64,000 bases of DNA from Chrysomallon squamiferum (taxonomy: Eukaryota; Animalia; Mollusca). The DNA is taken from positions 18,352,001-18,416,000 of the forward strand of contig CM022667.1 in the NCBI GenBank assembly GCA_012295275.1, in the 5' to 3' direction. Below, piece after piece: positions 55,769 through 64,000 of the stretch (position 1 is its first letter; each line of letters opens with the position of its first letter). Below the pieces are notes generated by a model. The model was given only the letters and a program-made list of their open reading frames with translations, was not told the origin of the DNA and ran no database searches. Both the position numbers and the translations under genes were made by a program.

Positions 55769-58700
55769 CTATCCAGTCACATTTTAATCTTAACTTACAA
55801 AGCAGAAAAAGATAAGAATTAAAAAAAAAAACCAAAAACCAATTCCTTTCAAAGCTAATCTCAGAGAAATTAACTGACCATCAAAACAGTTCAAAATCCT
55901 GTTAGAGTGTCTATAGTAATTCCACAGTAATCAAATGTTTCCTGCTGAAGAACAACACAATCACACACTTTACAAATTGCATGTCACCTTCTACACTTTA
56001 ACTGTCCATACAAATCCCCTACTACCAGCAAGAAGACATTAAACTATCTCCAGTAATACAAAGAGATTTGTTTTTATGAATATTGCTTCTAACAGAAACA
56101 TAAGCACATTTTATGTTAACCTCTTGCCATTAATGTTAGCTTAGAGCTGTTTGTCAGAATTCCAAATAGATTTAAAGTCTTTCGTTGGTATATAGTCAAA
56201 TCAATTAATGGTATTCGTTGGCATTTCTACAACAACGTTTTCTCTTCTGTGTTTATTTACTGTAAATAATTTCTACGATTATGTTTATTTTGCATATTAG
56301 CTGAACATGTGAAAACTGTTGTAAATTTCAGAGATTATTATTATTTTATTTTTATTGATATTATGCCTGCTATTAATTGCTTACACAATTCCTACTCATT
56401 AATTTATTAAAACTATTTGCAATGAATATTCCAAGAGTTTTCAAGACATCTGTAATTATAATAAAAATGTTTAGTTGTACAATTTCATAAAATGATGATG
56501 GAGATATCTATTTTAGCAATAACAATCTCAAAATCAATCTTTTCCACATCAAGTCATTTTCAAATGTTTTCAATTAATCTGTATGTGTATACAATAAAAG
56601 AATTGAATATTATATTAAATTATCCTATTCTTTATTTTTTATTTGAAGTAACTTTTAATTTATATCTTTTTCTTTCTCCCCACCAGACCTGATATTTTTG
56701 TATTCATAAATTCAATTATGTTATGCTTCTAACAGCAAAATATAACTTCACATTTTTAGTGGAAAGACTAAGATATGACAAGCAACAACATTAAAAAAAT
56801 ATATAAATTAAAATTTTCAGTACAGTCTGATAGTATTAAACAAATAAAATTAAAATTAAATTTTCATTACAATCTAATTATATTAGACAAATTAAGTCTG
56901 GTTAATTACTAAAAATTGTTATTTCTGGATGGCATTCTAAGTTAAATGTAATTTGTTTAGACACATTATGTCCAGTAATTCTGTACAAGTGCAAAAATAC
57001 AACCCCATAAGAATAGTAATCAGTGGCTTTCCATTAGCTCTTAACACCTACACACAGGCAGACCAGGCAACTGCTTTGTAAACTGAACACAGATGTACAA
57101 TTCTCTGAATTCTTCTGTCCAGGTTACTAATTAGTTGCTCCACTACAAAAATGTCCTCTAATTAATTTTTCTCAACTGCCCATGTCCACAAATTGCCACA
57201 ATGCAGTTGAAGCAAACAGATGTGTCAATAATATTCAGTGTCAATCCTTCAGTAAGTAACCATAATTTTAAGATGTGGAGTCAATGGATACAAATAGTTT
57301 GAGTATCAATTTGCAGTCTTGATAATGATACTACTACTACTACTACTGCCACCACTACCACTACTACTACTACTACTACTACTAATAATAAAATTAATAA
57401 TAATAACGAGAAGAAGGAGAAGAAGGAGAAGAAGAAGAAGAAAATAATAAGAATCAAACAATATTTTGTGATGAACTTAAAATATTATTAATGTAGATCA
57501 TATATACAAACATGAATCAAAAATACAGCCAGGCTTAAAAATATCAACATCAGAAGAAACTATAAAAATATAAAATGTAGGCCATTCATTTGAGTAATTT
57601 TAAAAATCAATGCGACAGTCATCTCTTTAACCTGCTATTAACAATTTGTAATGTTCTTTGAAGGCTGTTAATAACAATAGGTTTTATAAACAAAACAAAA
57701 ATATTATATATAGATATATATATACATATACACTAATATATAAAGTTAATCAAAATAGTAATAAAAATGCAAAATGTAAAAACATAAAGTTTCAAGCAGC
57801 GAAAAAGAAATAAAATAAAATAATAATAATAATAATATTAAAGTTTGAAAAGAAAAAGTAAAAACAGATCAAGCCAGTTTATGTGTGCATATATTCCTGC
57901 AAGCCTATGTTTATATTTTCACTTACAGTACAAGCAAACAAGAAAAATGTGAAGATAATTTTTTATCTAAAATCAAAGTTACATATTAACTGATCTTCTC
58001 ATAACTTTAAAGAAAGAAGTTCTCAAAACTACAGATAAGCCATATTTCAAAGAAGAACCACTTTAAAACATTTCCTTTTCAAAAATAAATCTTTGTAACA
58101 TTTACTTTTTTTTACTTTTTTAAAAAAAATGTATACAATTACTTACATTTTAAACCTCACATTATTCTTTTTTCATGTTGAATGTTGTTTTTTGTTTTTT
58201 TTAAAGATATGTTTACTTCTGAACAGAGATTAAAACTAAAAGCTAAACTACTTGAAATGATTGCAGAAACTGTGTTGCGTTTATTGTCAAGTCAGTGATT
58301 GTCATCATCCAGTACAGCATCAAAGAGCTTCTATGTGTGATAGAGAGCCAGTGATTATTCTATACCACTTCCCTGGATAGGAAGTTGCCACAATTCATCA
58401 TTGACATACATGTGCAGATGAAAGCAATAAAGTTTGATTACTCAGGAGATGGTGAAACTATAGTGATGGTAATGGCCATCATAAATAGTATTTTCATAAA
58501 ATAAAATTTTCTATTCATTTGTGTGCATACATTTCTGTATGAATATAAGTGATGTGTAAGTTTATGAAGAGACAGAATTTCTTACTATTTGTTAAATTAG
58601 TAATCCCAAATGGAAAAAAAACAAAAAAAAAAACAAAAAAAAAAATATGCAACCATTTACATTAATAACATTTTTTACTGACTTTAATGTGCATGTGCTG

Positions 58701-59157
58701 CCTGTACCAGTGAGCAGAAACAGCTAACTGAATATTAATACTTTTCATTTTAATTAAATGAAAGTAATAAAAATAATCATCTTAAATATTTATAAAAAAG
58801 AAAAAAAAGAAAGAAAAGAAATAGAAAGAAACAAAAAAGAAATGAAATTTTGAAGCTAAGTGAATATTTAATGTTAGAAGAGATATATTTCCACTGGGAT
58901 GCTTTCTACCAGGAATTGTTCATTCTGGTAGTCATAGTGATACAAAATAATAATAAAAGCAAATGCATCGAGATCATCTTGCAGAGATATAAGCTTTAAA
59001 AAGAAGCATATAAATCATCAGGTCACTTCAGTATTGTTATAAAGTGAACAGATTATTACTATTATTTTTTTTTTTAAAGTATAGCGTTCATTTTCCTTGT
59101 CAATAACAGATTAAAGAGATAATGAAAACAATTTAAAACTTCATATTTTTTTGGTAG

Positions 59158-59564
59158 CTAGAAGAGAACAATGGAGGAGAGAAACTACACCACAGAGGAT
59201 AGCAGGGGTAAGTTTAATAAACTGTTTTATTTATATATATTTTCATTGTTTTTTATTAGTATTATTGTTTCCTATCTAGATTTTGTAAATGTTTTATCAT
59301 GAGTCGAACATTTCATTTATTTTTCTTTCTTTCTTTTCCATTTGTAATTTTATGTTGTAAAATAATAAACATATATAATATGAAGAATAAGTCTCTATAA
59401 TAAAGTTAATGCATTTTAAAGAGAAATTAAAAACATAAATTTCAAAAAAAAAATTGAAAAGTTATAAATAAATAAATACATTTGGAAAAAATTCTTAATT
59501 AACTTTATTGTCTTGTTATTATTCACTGTATGTACTTTCTTGAATTACTGCAACTTAGTAATAC

Positions 59565-59612
<48 letters not shown>

Positions 59613-62600
59613 CCCAAATGCAATGGCATTGAAAACTGAGTTTCTTTGACATGAAAAGTACTATTTGTCATTATTTTTGTAATTATCTTAAGTGTGCCTG
59701 TAGTGTATATGTGTACTGGCGTTTGTACATGAATGAATAATTGAATGTTTAATGACACTCCAGCTCAAAAATGTGTTTATATTGTTTGTTCAGAGTGTGT
59801 GTGTACATGTGTGTGAGAGTGGATTTGTAAGTATGTAAAATAACAAACTCAGTGAACAAGATTCATACACCTGCTTTTCAAATAAATAACCAAAATCAAT
59901 TTTTATTACAAATGTTGGCTAAGTTATGAAATACAAACGAATCCAGTGGGAAGGAAATCATGTATATTAATATCTGGTTAACATAGTCAAGACAAATAGA
60001 AATCTCCTGTGTATACAATGTGAGTGTTGTTGTAGTGTACAATTGCTTTTCAACTACAGGTACTACATTTACTGATTTTAATTATTAATTTTGAAACACT
60101 ATAGCTAGCTTGTCTTCATGCATACACATGACACACACATATATAAAAAGATTAAGTGTAAATATCAGCACATGTTATGTGAATTGAAAATTCTCAGTGA
60201 CAACACCAAATATCTAACTTGTGCAATAAAAGCCAGCTCTCTAATTCTCTGAAATAAAAATGTTTTGTTTTCTTCAAATTACTACATTTAAAAGGATATT
60301 TAAATTTTTATTAGCAAATATTTTATCTTACCAAAATGGCTTTGAACAAATGTTATCAAAACTGTTGTATTTCTCATTACAGCCCAAGGATGTAATATTT
60401 AAACAAGAAAGATTTGAAATTTGGTCACTTTTACATACACTTCACTCCTAACTGCTCATTATTTTCTGAATAATTTATGAATTAGCCAATTTTGATGTCT
60501 CACACATGATTATATTGTAAAACTGACCTACCATCCTAAATAGACAAAACAACTACCAACTGCTGTGTGTCTGCATATAAAAATGACAATTACCTCAGTT
60601 CAGTTTAACACGAAGGACTTCTTACCCCATAGAGATTCATTCTGGGTTAACTGCTGTTGGCTGATAGTTTCTCAATTTCATCTTGAACCTCATAATCTCA
60701 TACTGACATACAACTAGTCTGAAGACTTGTTGAAATATCTGGAATATTCCTAACGACACTATTCTTATTCTTATGTGGGAATCAACAGCCATACAACAAA
60801 GAAAGTCTCACCGATCCTATTTTCAATCTTAACCATACGGTAAGACAACAAAATTAGATCTGACCTATACCCCCAACACCTGTTTTAATCATACTACAAC
60901 AAAACTAAGTCTGACCTACCACCCTAGTACTCTTTTAATCATACAATAACACAAGAAAATTAAGTCTAACCTACCACCCTAGTACTGTTTCAATCATACA
61001 CTAACACAAGAAAATTAAGTCTGACATACCCCCCACTGTTTTAATCACAGAGAAACACAAGACAACTAAGTCTGACCTACCACCCTAATACTGTTTTAAT
61101 CATACAGAAACACAACAAAACTAAGTTTCATCTACCACCAGAGTAGTTTTCATCATACAGTAACATTAGAAAACTAAGTCTGACCTACCACTCTAGTACA
61201 GTTTTAATTCTACAGAAACACAAGATAACTAAGTTTGACCTATCACACTAGTACTATTTTAATCATAAAGTAGCACAAGATAAAAATGTCTGACACAGTA
61301 CCCTAGTACTGTTTTAATCATATAAAAACACATGAAAACTAAATCTGACTTACCACCGTGGTACTGTTTTAATCATATAGAAACACAAGAAAAGTAAGTC
61401 TGACCTACCATGCCAGTACTGTTTTAATCATACCAGAACACAACAAAACTAAGTCTGACATACCACCCTAGTACTGTTTTAATAATACAGAAACAAGAAT
61501 ACTAAGTCTGACCTACCCCCCACTCTGTTTTAATCACACAGAAACACAACAAAACTACCACTCTTATACAATTTTAATTCTACAGTAACACAAGAAAACT
61601 AAGTCTGACCTATCACCCTAGTACTGTTTTAATCATACAGTAAGATAAGAACACTATGTCTGACCCTAGTACTGCTTTAATCATATAGAAACATAATAAA
61701 AGTAAGTCTGATATACCACAAAAATACTGCTTTAATCATAATGTAACAGAACAAAACTAAGTCTGACCTATCACCCTAGTACTGTTTTAATCATACAGAA
61801 ACACCCGAAAACTAAGTCTGTCTTACCACACTTGCACTGTTTTATTCATACAGAAACACCTGAAAACTAAGTCTGTCTTACCACACTTGTACTGTTTTAA
61901 TCATACAGAAACACCTGAAAACTAAGTCTGTCTTACCACACTTGTACTGTTTTAATCATACAGAAACACATGAGAACTAAGTCTGACCTATGACTCTAGT
62001 ATAGTTTTGATCAAACAGTAACACATTAAAACTACTTCTGACCTACCATCCTGGTACTGTTTTAATCAAACAGTAACACATCAAAACTAAGTAGACCTAC
62101 CTCTCTAGTACTGTTTCAATCATACAGAAACACAAGAGAACTAAGTCTGACCTACGACTCTAGTATAGTTTTGATCAAACAGTAACACATTAAAACTACT
62201 TCTGACCTACCATCCTGGTACTGTTTTAATCAAACAGTAACACATCAAAACTATGTCTGACCTACCATCCTTGTACTGTTTTAATCATACAGTAACCGAA
62301 CTAAGTCTGACCTACCCCCTCTCTGTTTTAATGATACAGAAACACAACAAAACTAAGTCTGACCTACCACCCTAGTACTACTTTAATCATACAGAAACAC
62401 AACAAAACTAATTTTGCAATGACATACCATCCTAGTACTTCTTTAATCATACAGTAACACATCAAAACCAAGTCTGACATACCATCCTAGTACTTCTTTA
62501 ATCATACAGTAACACATCAAAACCAAGTCTGACATACCATCCTAGTACTTCTTTAATCATACAGTAACACATCAAAACCAAGTCTGACATACCATCCTAG

Positions 62601-63179
62601 TACTTCTTTAATCGTATAGTAACACAAAACAAGTAAGTGTGACATACCACCCTAGTAGTTTTAATCATACAGAAGCACAAGAAAACAAAGTCTGACTAAC
62701 CCCTTAACTGCTGACATGATCACAACAGCAATGAAGGAATCCCACCCTTTTTTACCCAGCTCATTAAAGGCAACTTGTTTCTACTGAACAGTTCTTCAGT
62801 GTTAACAAAAAGTCAGAAGAACTTAATCTAAATTTATGAATTTTATCCTTAATCTGTTTGCAATAAGCAAATCACTTGAACCAGAGTGATGAAGACTGTC
62901 TTAATAATTCTTAATAGAAAAACATATTCAAAACTTGATGACATTACATTTCTCCTACATAGAATTGCCAGAGTTCAGTGTGCAAGAAGGACATAATTTA
63001 CTTTTCAATGATTTTGTGTGTGCTGAAGATAAGTATAGCAGTGTGGACATCATCAACTCTCCCAAGAGCATCTCTTGTAGGGCATCAAACTGTGAAAATC
63101 AGAATTTTTTATCTAATTCTGCAACACATTTAAGATAGAAGGACTTTATCTCTGGAGGATGGGGTCCAACATCATTACT
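59158..63179 (+). ncRNA. Candidate spliced antisense transcript (lncRNA or small-ORF gene) nested in a RELCH intron
   Basis: Exon-like blocks with splice signals: 59158-59207 (tttttggtag / GGG|GTAAGT), 60633-60839 (cttaccccatag / ACG|GTAAGA) and 62963-63179 (tttctcctacatag / ACT|GTAAGT). No homology recognised. Confidence 0.35.
60820..62700. repeat. 55-bp minisatellite, about 33 diverged copies with local homogenised blocks
   Basis: Consensus AAAACTAAGTCTGACCTACCACCCTAGTACTGTTTTAATCATACAG(A/T)AACACAAG; period 55 at 62461/62516/62571. Confidence 0.97.
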
Positions 63180-64000
63180 GTAAGTTAGTTGATTATCGTT
63201 AAGAAAGTTATTATCAAAGTCAGTTTTAGCTGAGTAGTTTTTAATTTGTTCTTAATACTGGTCATGAGCTTGCCACATTATTACATATTCAGTTTTATCT
63301 CTGTCTCTTGAGATCTGAATTAAATTAGTTCACTGGTGATTTACATGCTCCTATAGGTCTCCTCTGTTGCCTTTCTTTTAAAAATAAAACTAGTACATTC
63401 ATTCACTATTTAAGTTATTAATCTCTGTCAGAACAATTATTCTGTTAATTTATGATCATAAAAAACACACAAAAAAAACACATGGTTAATGTAATTCTGA
63501 TATAAGCATAAGAAACACAATTATAATTAATTAAGTTGCACATTTGAATGTATATTTAACATTTGAGTGTATATATCTTAATATATTTTTGTTAATTATT
63601 TTATTTGCTGCTTGGTTCATTTATTTTTTTTTCTTCTAATTTTTCTATTTATCTGTTTATTCATTTTTTTTTTTTTTTTTTTTTTATTGTTCTCTTTTTA
63701 AATAGCAGTAAATTTATTTTACTGATTTCCACTGTTTTTATTTGGCTACTACTCTCTGAAGTAATTACTATTTATGATTATATTAAAACTATAAAATACA
63801 GACATGTTCACTGCTAATAAAGCTTCAAGTCATGCATGTCACAATTTGTAGAAATTATCACTATGCTAATTAGTCCGTGCAATGATGCAAAGTGACAATT
63901 CTGACAGAAAGAAACCATCTTAAAGTGTCTTGTCAAATGCCTAGTGCTGTGCCAGAAACTTACTTGTATTAATTGGAAATCAATATATATATATATATAT

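Noticed and set aside
60820-62700. CRISPR-like array (also considered for the 52-kb array)
   Set aside because: Units are contiguous with no unique spacers, there are no cas genes, and the context is a eukaryotic intron.
54128-64000. Further RELCH coding exons
   Set aside because: No minus-strand frame resembling the expected upstream segment (...GPNAEPRFRDE) was found; it probably lies beyond the window.

Overview
This is very AT-rich, CpG-depleted, microsatellite-rich animal genomic DNA with spliceosomal introns; an invertebrate, possibly a mollusc (weak inference from repeat fragments). Three transcription units are visible. (1) Bases 1 to ~38.2 kb: the 5' part of a large, unidentified minus-strand gene, with one clear 72-nt coding exon and several candidate alternative first exons. 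(2) 38.7-43.5 kb (+): a complete 6-exon gene for a 589-aa zinc-finger protein with a BCL11-type N-terminus and four C-terminal C2H2 fingers, apparently sharing a CpG-rich, ETS-site bidirectional promoter with gene 1. (3) 51.3-54.1 kb (-): the last three coding exons of RELCH/KIAA1468, including a U12-type intron; its next intron runs beyond the window and may host a spliced antisense transcript. The most unusual feature is that three unrelated tandem arrays each start at an exon boundary (one of them only a candidate exon) and amplify the splice site itself. Almost all ORFs in the supplied track are spurious. No prokaryote-type system such as a CRISPR array or operon is present.
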